Source: Candidatus Poseidoniaceae archaeon (GTDB lineage Archaea > Thermoplasmatota > Poseidoniia > Poseidoniales > Poseidoniaceae). From it: 64,000 nucleotides of DNA. How positions within the stretch are numbered: position 1 is the stretch's first letter; the number at the start of each line of letters is the position of its first letter. Shown here piece after piece: positions 1-12,699 of the stretch. The notes under the pieces are model-generated. The model made no database searches and was not told the origin of the DNA. It saw only the letters and a list, made by a program, of their open reading frames with translations. Where the stretch lies: positions 4,410 to 68,409 of the forward strand of contig JBMZIJ010000007.1 of assembly GCA_049616955.1 (NCBI GenBank). Reading direction: 5' to 3'. The position numbers and the translations under genes were made by a program.

Positions 1-2963
<2,963 letters not shown>

Positions 2964-3145
2964 TTAGCCCCATCCTTCTAACTGTTAAACACGCCCGACG
3001 AGGGTATGTAAAGGTACCTCATGAACAGTCTTCTGTAAGCCGTTTTTGCCAATGCGAACCCCCCTCCAAATCGAAGGTTTTTCATGTCCAAATCCATCAA
3101 TTCCCTTCCGTGAGCGTTAAGAAGAAGACGTAGGTCGGTTGAATC

Positions 3146-3943
3146 ATGCCTGAACCGACCATCTGTGTAGCCCTCGACTCCACGAACCTTGATGATATGG
3201 TCGATGAGGCCGCACGCGCATCGACAGCGGGTGCTGACCTCGTTGAAGTTCGATTTGACCGACTCTACCTCTCAAAGCCCGATCCTGTCATGGTTGAACA
3301 AGAGGAGGGCGAACCGAAGAGCGTCATGCCTCCCGAGGCTGAATGGCCTATTGCCGATGTATCTTCTGTGGACGCTCAAGAAACCATTCAGAAACTGAAG
3401 GATTCAATCGCAGTACCAGTCATCTTCACCCTCCGACCTCCACGAGAAGGCGGATTTTTCCCAGGAACAGAAGAAGAACGAATCACCATTCTCCAACATG
3501 CCATCGATTCTGGTGTAACATGGATTGATCTTGAATCCTCCATCTCTGAAGACGCACTTGGAAGCCTCATGGCTGCGGCAAAAGACAAGGGTTGTAAGAT
3601 CGTCTTCTCAAGTCACGATATCAACGGAACACCAAATTCTGAAGACATCGCATCCTTTGTTCGTGAGAATAGCGATAAAGCAGATTTGGTGAAGTTTTGC
3701 TCAACAGCTCACTCCCATCTCGACGCTCTACAAATCGTTGATGCAGCGATTGAACTCAAAGGCGAAGGTATCGATTACAGCGTCATGGCCGTTAACAGCG
3801 GGGGCGACTGGGCTCGCATCCACGCTCCAGTACTCGGCGTTTCTATGGTCTATGCAACCCTTTCAATGGAGCACCGAATCAGCGACAAGGGGCTCATCAA
3901 CGTTCGAGACTTGCGAGATGCTTGGACGCTTCTCGAGTACTGA
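3146..3943 (+). CDS. aroD: Type I 3-dehydroquinate dehydratase-like protein (atypical; see findings)
   Basis: 265 aa. ADLVEVRFD, TLRPPREGG and VFSSHDINGTP match the AroD blocks (ELRVD, TxRxxxEGG, SxHDFxxTP). There is a ~25 aa insert after the first block. I see no Lys in the region expected to carry the Schiff-base lysine (SVMAVNSGGDWARI). Confidence 0.6.
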   Translation: MPEPTICVALDSTNLDDMVDEAARASTAGADLVEVRFDRLYLSKPDPVMVEQEEGEPKSVMPPEAEWPIADVSSVDAQETIQKLKDSIAVPVIFTLRPPREGGFFPGTEEERITILQHAIDSGVTWIDLESSISEDALGSLMAAAKDKGCKIVFSSHDINGTPNSEDIASFVRENSDKADLVKFCSTAHSHLDALQIVDAAIELKGEGIDYSVMAVNSGGDWARIHAPVLGVSMVYATLSMEHRISDKGLINVRDLRDAWTLLEY

Positions 3944-3954
3944 ATCCAGATCGC

Positions 3955-5037
3955 TCACTGATTCAGTGAAGGCATCAATTGTTTCTCTTGTTCAATCGAT
4001 GGTTCCAATCCGGCTCTCATGTAGCGCTTGTTGATGATAAGGGGCGCCATCATGATCGAAGCAAAGAAAACGAAGAAGACAATCGAAACGGTCCAGTTCG
4101 GCAAAACGATTGAACGTTCAACTGTTGAGATGGCAACGTCTGCTACAACAATTTTGTTTTGAACGCCTGCATCCCCTCTTCTTGAGTTATCCCAAGCATC
4201 GACGACAATGAAAAATTCCTGATACGTTGGTTGAGAAAACAAGGAAGAGTGAACCTCTGGACCATCCAATGAAACGCTCATGACGACTGAATCTGTATTC
4301 TCATAGGCATGGGCATCTCTGTATGTCTTCCATCCTGTGACATCGAAGGCAGCCCATTCTGGAGAAACTTCCGTAACAAACTCGTCATCGCTCAGACTTT
4401 CACGCTCAAACCAGAATTCGAAATCCTCACTGTGCATTCGATCGTACGACCACTCATAATTCTCATATTGAGAGGTGGTCATCAGGTAAATATCCGCTTT
4501 TGCAGGTACCGTTGAATTGCCAACAAGACCTTGAATTTCAACACAAATTGTTGTTCGATGTGCACTCGAAAGGTTCACTCGCAGTGTACCAACACTATCG
4601 TTACCAACCAACATTGTTGTTGCAATGTTCGTGGTCAATGTCTCCACCGGGGTAGCAGAGTGATAGTTTTGATACATCCATGATTCTTCCGGCGAGAGGA
4701 GAGGGTCGTAAGATTCACTGCTCGAGTCACTCTCCGGAGGCGGCGAATTCTTACCACGCCGTCCATCGTCATCCCAATCATCTTCAAAAAACGAGTCCCA
4801 CCACATGTTGTTGTGTGGAACTTCGGCGTGTCGAGAGATGGTCTCATTCCAAACGATCGGCGACAGGTCTCCTTTGCAATCATCAATAGCTGCAGAGACG
4901 TTGCCATACGAAGGAGCAAATGCGCCACTCAAAAGGGGCACAAGGAAAATCGATAGAAGAAGAACCGCTTTTCGCTGCACCATCGAATCACCCCTTATGT
5001 CAAGGTTGACGACGAGGTTCTTGAGGCATTCGTTCAC
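3955..5037 (-). CDS. Hypothetical secreted protein with a C-terminal membrane anchor
   Basis: 360 aa ORF. An internal Met gives a good signal peptide, MVQRKAVLLLSIFLVPLLSGAFA (start then at 4983). C-terminal TM segment VSIVFFVFFASIMMAPLII followed by a basic tail. Directly downstream of the large protease gene. No recognisable domain. Confidence 0.5.
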   Translation of the reverse strand: MNECLKNLVVNLDIRGDSMVQRKAVLLLSIFLVPLLSGAFAPSYGNVSAAIDDCKGDLSPIVWNETISRHAEVPHNNMWWDSFFEDDWDDDGRRGKNSPPPESDSSSESYDPLLSPEESWMYQNYHSATPVETLTTNIATTMLVGNDSVGTLRVNLSSAHRTTICVEIQGLVGNSTVPAKADIYLMTTSQYENYEWSYDRMHSEDFEFWFERESLSDDEFVTEVSPEWAAFDVTGWKTYRDAHAYENTDSVVMSVSLDGPEVHSSLFSQPTYQEFFIVVDAWDNSRRGDAGVQNKIVVADVAISTVERSIVLPNWTVSIVFFVFFASIMMAPLIINKRYMRAGLEPSIEQEKQLMPSLNQ

Positions 5038-8000
5038 TCACGTCGACGTAGGGGGCGAATGTACCCACTCTCATCGTTTCTGCGTTCCTGTTTCGATAGA
5101 ATCTTTGGAGCCGGAGGTGGCGTGTGATGATCCATACCAAGCAATCCACCATCATCAGCATGCTCAACATCATACGTTTCTGCATTCTGTTTTGCTTCTT
5201 CTTCGATTTCATTCGGTTGGCGCATGACGAGCCAACCGAGGATAAGAGCGGCCAAAATCAAGGCAATAAATCCGAGAGCGTCGCTTCCAGCATCGGACAT
5301 CCATGACTTCCACTCATCCCAACTGAAATCAGAAAGGGAGGGGTCAGCGTCTTGTTCGGGGAGTACTGTAACATCCGTTTCAGCTTCATCACAAAGCCCC
5401 ATTCCGTCGCAAACCCTTACTCGGATAATCACGTCTTTGGGGTCGTCCCAAACTACGGTGGCGAGCGTGACGAGGGTATTGGTCGACGTGAACCAATCAT
5501 TGTCAACAACTTCATCACCATCAGCATCGGTGAGGATGTCTTGTTCCCATTCAACTATCAAATCATTGCTGATGGTTTCATCCCTATCAGAGTTGGAACC
5601 ATCGAGAACATCAAGGTCTCTATAGAACACAAGATCTGCGAGCGATTCAGCATCAGATACATTGACGATGACTGCCGTTGAGAAGTCTTCGTATATTTCG
5701 TCAGGTACATCAATTCCTTGAATCTCTGGAGGTGAATCGATGTGAACGTTGAATTCAGCCCGAGTCACATCACCCGTCCCAAAGGCATCTCGAACGGTGA
5801 GTTTTACCGTATACAATCCCGGTCGCTCATAGGAGTGCCAGGGCATTGGATCGTGAACGATTGGCGTTGCGTCACCAAAATCCCAGGTATATTCGAGCAA
5901 TCCGTTCCAATCTGGCGATTCTTGCTCAAGAGGCACATACTTGCCCTCGAACTTCTGGTCACCATCTCGAGTTCCGCTTGAATCAAAATACAACATTGCA
6001 CCTGGTTTGGCTACATTCACACCGTTTTCATCAAAGGTTCTCGACCACTGATCTGGCAAGCCATTCTCCGGGAAGACATCCGTATCCATGAGCAACATTC
6101 CATCAACCCAAGCATCGAGAATTTGCAACTGAATAATCGGAAGTGGGTTGGCTACAACCACAACGATGACCTTTGGACTGCTTTGTTCCCCATTCTCATC
6201 TGTGACAACGAGTTTAATGATTTGTTCTCCCGGTTCAAGGAAGGAATACGCTGGCAGTGTTTTGTTGCTAAATGTCCCATCGGGGAAGGTCCAATTGAAG
6301 GTTAAATCGTTGTACGTACCGGTTGTTCCATCGACATCGAAACTGGTTCGGCCATCGAATGTGTACGGTACATTGACTTGTGCTTCAGTACTAAGGAAAT
6401 CGATTTGTGGAGCACCTGTCGCTCCGGATTCCTTGACGATGTAATTCGCAACAGGCAGTTGGTTGATGACGTTTACACGTAGTTCAGCAATGGAGATGCC
6501 TCCATCTTCATCAGTAACGGTAACGGTGATGTTCTTCATGCCCGGAGTGTCCCACGCAGGAGCAGGATAAAGGGCAGCAGACGATGTTGAGGAGAAATCA
6601 TCGTTTCGATCCACTTCGACCCCATCGAGATTGACTCCACCCTCAAACACCCAGCCCAATGAGAGGTTCTCTCCGTCATCGTCTGTGAAGACATCGGGCA
6701 TGAGCAAAGGTGTGTAGGTATATGTCGTAAGCTCATCCGAGAAAATCTGGTAAGGCAATCGATTGTTGACAATAATCTCAATCGTTTTCTGACCAGTATT
6801 GACGCCATCTGAAACAGTTAGTGTAAGAATGTAGGTTTGGTTCGGACCGACGACGTCACCCCATTCATGATTGGCTGTGTACAGTCCCGTCCCAGACGTT
6901 ACAGATGAGCCATCGCCCCAGTCCCATTCGAAATCCAAGTACTCGAGCGGTACGTTATCAGCGGTTTGATAGGCAGAGAAAATGATGCGCTGATTTGTAA
7001 GAATTTCAAGTCGATCCGCAACAATGTTGTTGTTAACCGTGATGATTGGAATCGGTTCAGAGTCATCTGTGATGTTGATTTGATTTATGCTCACATCCGA
7101 CCACGTACCTCCTACATCCATGACACGAAGAGTTGTGTTGTACAAACCAGACTGTGCGAAGGAGCGCAAAGGCGATCGCAATCCGGACGTCATGTTATCG
7201 TCGAAGTTCCATGTGTAGGCTACCGGCTGATCGAAGTAGGGGAGCGTGTTGTTGTCCAAGGAGAGTCCCCAAGCATCGAATCCGTCCCCTGTAAACTGAA
7301 TCTTCTCATAGGTCTGACTGAAATTGCTCGAAACAGAAGCATTGGCAACTGGAGCCATGTTGGTCAATGCCTGAGGCGAGGTCGTTTCGGAGTCAAGTAC
7401 GGCTCCGAGCATGTTTTTCATCGTAAACCTGACCGTGTATTGATCGTCCTTGTTGGCAGTAAAGTAGACACTGTTCGGGACATGAACGCCTCCTCCTGCT
7501 TGAATGCGCGTTGAGATGGAATCAACAACCGTACCGTTGCTGTCCCGAACCAAGGCGTCAACATCGAGATCTTCGAAGAAGGCGTTGGATAATATGGAAT
7601 AATTGACCTGAACGGTGTCCGGTGATCCATCACCATCTCTATCGCCCAGGGTTGTTCCATTCAACATCATGGTCGCAGGAGAGGTAATTCGGGCTGCTTC
7701 AATATCGATGGTTCCTTGAGGGTAGGATGGGCCGCATGAGGTGTAATCGCAATCAGCAACCGTACTTGCATACCACACGATGGCGTAGACTTCATCAGTG
7801 AGGTTTCCGAATCCTTGAATCAATCCTGTTGCAACGTTGTTGTTGAAATCCAAGTCTTGCGTGGACCAAAGTCCATCAGCGGTCGATTTGTAAACCAATA
7901 CGCCATCGAAATTTGAGACATCGGATGTGACCCTTAGCGTGAGAGGGGCAGGCGAAGCTGAACCTGGTGTGAACTTGAACGAGCGAATTCCCCAACCTTC

Positions 8001-9212
8001 CATTGTGTGTCCTGTCGAACTCCACGGTGTTGACCAATCAGAATTCGTATCTGCAGGAGTGATTCGACAGAACGTCGAGCCACCGCAGGAAGGATTGAGA
8101 TCAAGATTTGAAAAACCATAGATGCCTTGGTCTGAGTCAATGGTTGCGGCAATGGAGAAATTTGCAAAAATTTCGCCCATTGTTCGACCGATTTTACCTG
8201 ATTGACCAGAAACAGGAGACAATGCTAGATTTTCCACACCCCGTCCACCGGTTGCGGAATCTTGAACGAGTTGTCGAACGGCTGGCCCGCCACCAAGATG
8301 GTCTGCCAGATACATCGTAAAGATGAATCCTGCACCGTAATCTGCGTTTCGTTGATTCCACCAGCGTACGCTCAAATCGGACTGCTGAGTCCAGCCGTTG
8401 AGATGTCCAGCAAGGGTTCCGTCAGCTCCAAAGCAAAGGTAGATTGCAACGTCAGCATTGCCTTCGTCTAGCCATAGATTTTCGTAAGGATCCTGAGCAT
8501 TATGCAAGAGGTGCTGGAGTTCGTGAGCAATAATTGACTTGCCCCACGAGAGCGTGATATCTGCAAAATCAACGTACACAACTTCTCGGGTTGCAGCAGT
8601 TCCTGGAGAGAAGTAGCCACCGATATTGTAGGCACCATCAATGTCGTAAATGACAATTTCAACTTGGCAGTTGTTATCGTTGTCAGGAGGGGCTAGGCCA
8701 CGCCCATCTTGGTAATCTTTGCCGAAATATGTCGTCATCGTTGGATAAATCGTTTGATCCCAGGTCGAGGCCAGATTTTGCAGAACAGTGGACGAAAGCG
8801 TGCGTCCTGATTGAACGAGGAAAGCGACTGTAGCCGTTGTCTTTGCAACGTACACATTTGTTGAACCACCAGAAATCGGAACCGTCAATGTATCACCAAC
8901 GACATGCTGAGAACACGTAGATCGCGCCATCGACGGTTGATATCGAATCTCATCAACCCCAGGGCGACCTTCGTCAATCCATGCTTGTTTGATGAACGAG
9001 GTCGCAGAGACGACGGGTTGATCTTCCTCAATCAACAGATATTGAGAGCCAGTGGTGACATCGAAATTCGTCAAATCACCGTACACAACACCAATATCCT
9101 CGACGATATCTTCGACCTCGTTTTCTGCTTCATTTGCTGCGGCTTGACCCATGACAGAGGTCAACATAAGGAAGACAAGGAACAGGGCTTGAGTAGAGCG
9201 TCGTTCAGACAT
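5034..9212 (-). CDS. Large membrane-anchored extracellular zinc metallopeptidase (MA clan/gluzincin-like) with multiple PKD-type repeats
   Basis: 1392 aa. N-terminal signal peptide MSERRSTQALFLVFLMLTSVMGQAAA. Zinc motif IIAHELQHLLH followed by WLDEGNADVA (HExxH plus a downstream WLxEG Glu, as in Peptidase_MA_2/M1-type gluzincins). At least four PKD-like signatures: YTWNFDDN, FEWDWGDGS, FNWTFPDGT, YTWDFGDATP. C-terminal TM ALGFIALILAALILGWLVM plus a ~75 aa tail. Confidence 0.75.
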   Translation of the reverse strand: MSERRSTQALFLVFLMLTSVMGQAAANEAENEVEDIVEDIGVVYGDLTNFDVTTGSQYLLIEEDQPVVSATSFIKQAWIDEGRPGVDEIRYQPSMARSTCSQHVVGDTLTVPISGGSTNVYVAKTTATVAFLVQSGRTLSSTVLQNLASTWDQTIYPTMTTYFGKDYQDGRGLAPPDNDNNCQVEIVIYDIDGAYNIGGYFSPGTAATREVVYVDFADITLSWGKSIIAHELQHLLHNAQDPYENLWLDEGNADVAIYLCFGADGTLAGHLNGWTQQSDLSVRWWNQRNADYGAGFIFTMYLADHLGGGPAVRQLVQDSATGGRGVENLALSPVSGQSGKIGRTMGEIFANFSIAATIDSDQGIYGFSNLDLNPSCGGSTFCRITPADTNSDWSTPWSSTGHTMEGWGIRSFKFTPGSASPAPLTLRVTSDVSNFDGVLVYKSTADGLWSTQDLDFNNNVATGLIQGFGNLTDEVYAIVWYASTVADCDYTSCGPSYPQGTIDIEAARITSPATMMLNGTTLGDRDGDGSPDTVQVNYSILSNAFFEDLDVDALVRDSNGTVVDSISTRIQAGGGVHVPNSVYFTANKDDQYTVRFTMKNMLGAVLDSETTSPQALTNMAPVANASVSSNFSQTYEKIQFTGDGFDAWGLSLDNNTLPYFDQPVAYTWNFDDNMTSGLRSPLRSFAQSGLYNTTLRVMDVGGTWSDVSINQINITDDSEPIPIITVNNNIVADRLEILTNQRIIFSAYQTADNVPLEYLDFEWDWGDGSSVTSGTGLYTANHEWGDVVGPNQTYILTLTVSDGVNTGQKTIEIIVNNRLPYQIFSDELTTYTYTPLLMPDVFTDDDGENLSLGWVFEGGVNLDGVEVDRNDDFSSTSSAALYPAPAWDTPGMKNITVTVTDEDGGISIAELRVNVINQLPVANYIVKESGATGAPQIDFLSTEAQVNVPYTFDGRTSFDVDGTTGTYNDLTFNWTFPDGTFSNKTLPAYSFLEPGEQIIKLVVTDENGEQSSPKVIVVVVANPLPIIQLQILDAWVDGMLLMDTDVFPENGLPDQWSRTFDENGVNVAKPGAMLYFDSSGTRDGDQKFEGKYVPLEQESPDWNGLLEYTWDFGDATPIVHDPMPWHSYERPGLYTVKLTVRDAFGTGDVTRAEFNVHIDSPPEIQGIDVPDEIYEDFSTAVIVNVSDAESLADLVFYRDLDVLDGSNSDRDETISNDLIVEWEQDILTDADGDEVVDNDWFTSTNTLVTLATVVWDDPKDVIIRVRVCDGMGLCDEAETDVTVLPEQDADPSLSDFSWDEWKSWMSDAGSDALGFIALILAALILGWLVMRQPNEIEEEAKQNAETYDVEHADDGGLLGMDHHTPPPAPKILSKQERRNDESGYIRPLRRRE

Positions 9213-9256
9213 ATGAAATCCTCGGGAAAATGTGATGCTGTATCACAATTCATTGT

Positions 9257-10456
9257 GTGGAAATGAGGTATTTAATACCCCGCGTCTTTAGCATCAATAC
9301 ATTGGAGGGCTCTCGATTGAAGATTTCAGTAGTTTTTACCGCCCTCATTTTGGCTTCCTTAGCAACACCTGTTTCAGCATCAACAGACCTTTGCGCATCC
9401 ATTAACGAACTTGAATTCGATGGCCAAAATGCAAATGAAAGCGTTACTACACAAGTCGAATTTGGTGCAAGATTGCCAGGTAGCAACGCTTCAAAGGAAC
9501 TTAGAGATTGGTTCATGGAGACAAGACCATCTTTTGATTGGACGTTGGATCCTCATTCGAGAGATGGATACAATCTCACAAATCTGGAGGGCCGGTTGGT
9601 TCCTGAAAACGGGCAAGATGAGAGCCCAGTTGTTGTTCTTGCTGCACATTATGACTCAAGAGATCGTGCAGAACGGGATTCAAACCAAAGCATGGTCGAC
9701 GTTCCTATCCCTGGTGCAAATGATGGAGGAAGTGGTGTGGCGGTGCTTTGGGAACTTGCTCGCATCATCCCCTCCATGAACCTCAGTCATGAAGTGTGGA
9801 TTCTTCTAACCGATGCCGAAGACCAAGGCCCGACGCCTTCGATGCTCGGTGCAAAGGCATGGGCAGAGAACCGTACTGATGAAGACATTTCAAGGATTGA
9901 GGCATTTCTCCTTGTCGACATGATTGGTGATGCGGATTTGAAGATCTATCGCACGTTCCCACCGTACGTCGGAGACGAGGAGGGCGACAGATTGTGGAAT
10001 GCGGTCGAGACACTTTCTGGACCTCTTGGTTTATTGGACAACATCACAGATTGTGACGGCAACCCTGGGTTGGATATCGTTAATTTGTCAACAACGGATG
10101 GTGTCATCGATGATCACGTTCCTATGCTCAATGTAGGCATCCCTGCCATCGATTTCATTGACATCCGGTACGGCGAGAACGCAACTGCATGGCAAGGATA
10201 TTGGCACACGCACGACGATACCCCGGACAAAGTTTCTGCAGAATCACTCGCTCACATTGGACGTTTGCTTGAACTTGGCTTAAGAGAAGGAGCATGGCTG
10301 GATGTTGAGACCAATCAATCCGATGTGTCGCCTACTGTCGTGGAAGACCAAACATCGACCTACAGCCCACTGGTTACTGGATCCGTTTTTGCAGTTATCG
10401 CCCTTATTTTCGTGGCATTTCTCGGCCTTCACGAAAGCGTGCGTTTGAAACGGTAG
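9257..10456 (+). CDS. M28-family aminopeptidase, secreted and membrane-anchored
   Basis: 399 aa. VVLAAHYDSRD, IPGANDGGSGVAVLWELARI, ILLTDAEDQG and LLVDMIGD match the M28 metal-ligand blocks. C-terminal TM VFAVIALIFVAFLGL. The track start is GTG. An in-frame TTG at 9317 would give an ideal signal peptide (M)KISVVFTALILASLATPVSAS and a wider divergent promoter region. Confidence 0.8.
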   Translation: MEMRYLIPRVFSINTLEGSRLKISVVFTALILASLATPVSASTDLCASINELEFDGQNANESVTTQVEFGARLPGSNASKELRDWFMETRPSFDWTLDPHSRDGYNLTNLEGRLVPENGQDESPVVVLAAHYDSRDRAERDSNQSMVDVPIPGANDGGSGVAVLWELARIIPSMNLSHEVWILLTDAEDQGPTPSMLGAKAWAENRTDEDISRIEAFLLVDMIGDADLKIYRTFPPYVGDEEGDRLWNAVETLSGPLGLLDNITDCDGNPGLDIVNLSTTDGVIDDHVPMLNVGIPAIDFIDIRYGENATAWQGYWHTHDDTPDKVSAESLAHIGRLLELGLREGAWLDVETNQSDVSPTVVEDQTSTYSPLVTGSVFAVIALIFVAFLGLHESVRLKR

Positions 10457-10522
10457 GTCTGCGTGCGCGGATACACTGGGAAAACGTGTTTATCGCGCAC
10501 CAGCCGTCATTGAGGACTTACC

Positions 10523-11344
10523 ATGGACATTAACGAACGACGTGAAGCACTCCGTGCACGTGTTCGTGAGAAACTATCAGGAGAAGAACCTGAAACAGAG
10601 GAACTCGTTGTCCAAGAGACTGAAGTGATTGCTGCGACAACGGAGGGTGAAGATCTTCTTCTCATTGAAGAAACGAATGGCCTTCTTGCGCTTGCATCGT
10701 CGCTCATCTTTATTGGTAGTGTTCTTGGAATCATCACTGGAATACTGCTTTTGCAAGGAAATCCTGCAGAATTATTGAACGATTCTTTGGACCAGGAGAG
10801 TGTCGTCGATGTCTATGGAATTGTTCTCCTGGCTGAATCGGGCGAATCGATGGAGGACGTCTTGATTGAACTCATCGATGAAGATACGAAGGAGGTTATA
10901 CAGACGACTGAAACCAACTCCTATGGATATTATCAATTTGAGAATGTGGTTCCTTCATCCCATATTCTTCGCGTTTCATCTGAAGGGTTTGTGACGATTG
11001 AACGAACCTTCACGCCAAACACCGCCACACAAACTCCCTTCACGCTTAGTGAAGGAAACGGAACTGTCGAGGAAGATTTCACAGAAACCAACTCTGGATG
11101 GTCCTTGGAAAACGCCATAGCACTCTCAACTGGAATTGCATTGGTCACCATACTTGCAGGTGTGATCGGAATCAAAGCAGCCGTTGATTCACGCAAGGCA
11201 AGCAACTATCGCAGAACACAATACCTTGCTGGATTCGCTTTGTTCAGTCGAGGGTTCATTATTTTCGGACCCTTCCTCATTCTCTGCGGCATGGGATTAA
11301 TGATCCTGGCCAAGGACGAATTCCAACATCCTGAGGTGGAGTGA
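10523..11344 (+). CDS. Membrane protein with a carboxypeptidase-regulatory-like (CarboxypepD_reg) beta-sandwich domain
   Basis: 273 aa. TM helix ALASSLIFIGSVLGIITGILLL, then VYGIVLLAESGESMEDVLIELIDEDTKEVIQTTETNSYGYYQFENVVPSSHILRVSSEGF (typical CarboxypepD_reg pattern), then 2-3 C-terminal TM helices. Confidence 0.55.
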   Translation: MDINERREALRARVREKLSGEEPETEELVVQETEVIAATTEGEDLLLIEETNGLLALASSLIFIGSVLGIITGILLLQGNPAELLNDSLDQESVVDVYGIVLLAESGESMEDVLIELIDEDTKEVIQTTETNSYGYYQFENVVPSSHILRVSSEGFVTIERTFTPNTATQTPFTLSEGNGTVEEDFTETNSGWSLENAIALSTGIALVTILAGVIGIKAAVDSRKASNYRRTQYLAGFALFSRGFIIFGPFLILCGMGLMILAKDEFQHPEVE

Positions 11345-12699
11345 TGTATCTCATCACCGTTGAGGGTGGAGATGGTTCTGGCAAAGGCGAGGCTGTGCGA
11401 ATCCTAACCGAGCTTCTCTCGAACTACCCATTTCATGAAGTCCATCGAACCCATGAACCTCGTCGGCACAGTGACCTAGGAAAACTCGCCCTTGAGGCTG
11501 TTAAAGTCGGTGATAAAACGCCCCTTCAGGAAGCAGGATTGTTCGCAGCAGACCGTCTTGACCACTCCCATACTTGGATAAAGCCACGACTTGAACGAGG
11601 TGAAGTTGTTGTTTCCGATCGAAACATTCACTCCTCCATCATCTACCAAGGTGTTGTTGGTGAACTTGGCATCGACACGGTTTGTCAAGTCAATTCAGCC
11701 TCAATGATTCCAGACCTCGTGGTTTGGATCGATTGCGATCCGGACAGGGCGATAGAGCGAATCAAGCATGCAACACTACGAATGAGCAGCGATAAGCAAG
11801 AGTATTTCGAAACGCCTGAAATTCAAAAAACCATTCGCAAAGGGTTCAACGACCTCTTTACAGGCGCAATCCAAGTTGCTCCACCTTTCGACAAATGTTG
11901 CATTGTCGGGCCGATTTTGAACGAAGGGGGTTTGGATGAGTTGCGACAGAAGTTACGTCGGGAATTGCGTCAATTCTTCAATCGAAGACCCGTTCCTTTG
12001 AATGTCGACCCAGACAAAGTGGACAGATACTTACTCAACAAACTCGCTCATGATGTTCAACAACAAACCCGACTTCCTGGTGCGCCTATGGAACGTACAT
12101 CTGTTCACATTGGATGGCTGGGTGGGAGATCGCCTGCACAATGGATGCAAAGTGCAGAAAATGAATGGGATTCAAGCCAAGCACGGCAATCCGATGTCCC
12201 AAGCAATCCACTCGCTCGATCGAGTTGGTCGATTCTTGGTACACTTTCGCTCATGGCAGGATCATGTGAAATTCCTCGCTTACATAAGTCACTTGGGCCG
12301 CATCGAATGGTCACACAACGTCACACGCAACGTCTCGTCAAATGGTTGGAAGAAGCAAATTGGATTCATCGCCAACAACATCACATACCATTTGCTGAGG
12401 GACAGGTGTTCAAACTTCGAGACGCATGGATTGGTTTTGCCCGCTTGACCTTGGCCATGTGGCCATTTCGAGTTGCACTCTCAACATGGAGAAAGAACAA
12501 TCCTGATTCGCCTTGGGAAAAATCTCTCGAAGAAATTTTACAACAAACCAACCCTCAACTCAACAAAGCGGTTGAAAACACCATCGAACGCTTGCGAATA
12601 TTGACAAGCGGCCACGAGAATTGTCCCGTTCCTGAAAATGCTGAGCAATTGCTGGTTTGGTGGTCAATGCCACCACCTGATCACTCCTCTTCTTCTTGA
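11341..12699 (+). CDS. tmk: Thymidylate kinase-like domain fused to a ~250 aa C-terminal domain of unknown function
   Basis: 452 aa. The N-terminal ~200 aa carry ITVEGGDGSGKGEAV (P-loop), THEPRR and DRNIHSSIIYQG (Tmk DRY/SS..YQ block). The P-loop reads GKG instead of GK[ST]. Residues ~205-452 match nothing I recognise. Start overlaps the upstream stop (ATGA-type coupling at 11341-11344). Confidence 0.65.
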   Translation: MMYLITVEGGDGSGKGEAVRILTELLSNYPFHEVHRTHEPRRHSDLGKLALEAVKVGDKTPLQEAGLFAADRLDHSHTWIKPRLERGEVVVSDRNIHSSIIYQGVVGELGIDTVCQVNSASMIPDLVVWIDCDPDRAIERIKHATLRMSSDKQEYFETPEIQKTIRKGFNDLFTGAIQVAPPFDKCCIVGPILNEGGLDELRQKLRRELRQFFNRRPVPLNVDPDKVDRYLLNKLAHDVQQQTRLPGAPMERTSVHIGWLGGRSPAQWMQSAENEWDSSQARQSDVPSNPLARSSWSILGTLSLMAGSCEIPRLHKSLGPHRMVTQRHTQRLVKWLEEANWIHRQQHHIPFAEGQVFKLRDAWIGFARLTLAMWPFRVALSTWRKNNPDSPWEKSLEEILQQTNPQLNKAVENTIERLRILTSGHENCPVPENAEQLLVWWSMPPPDHSSSS

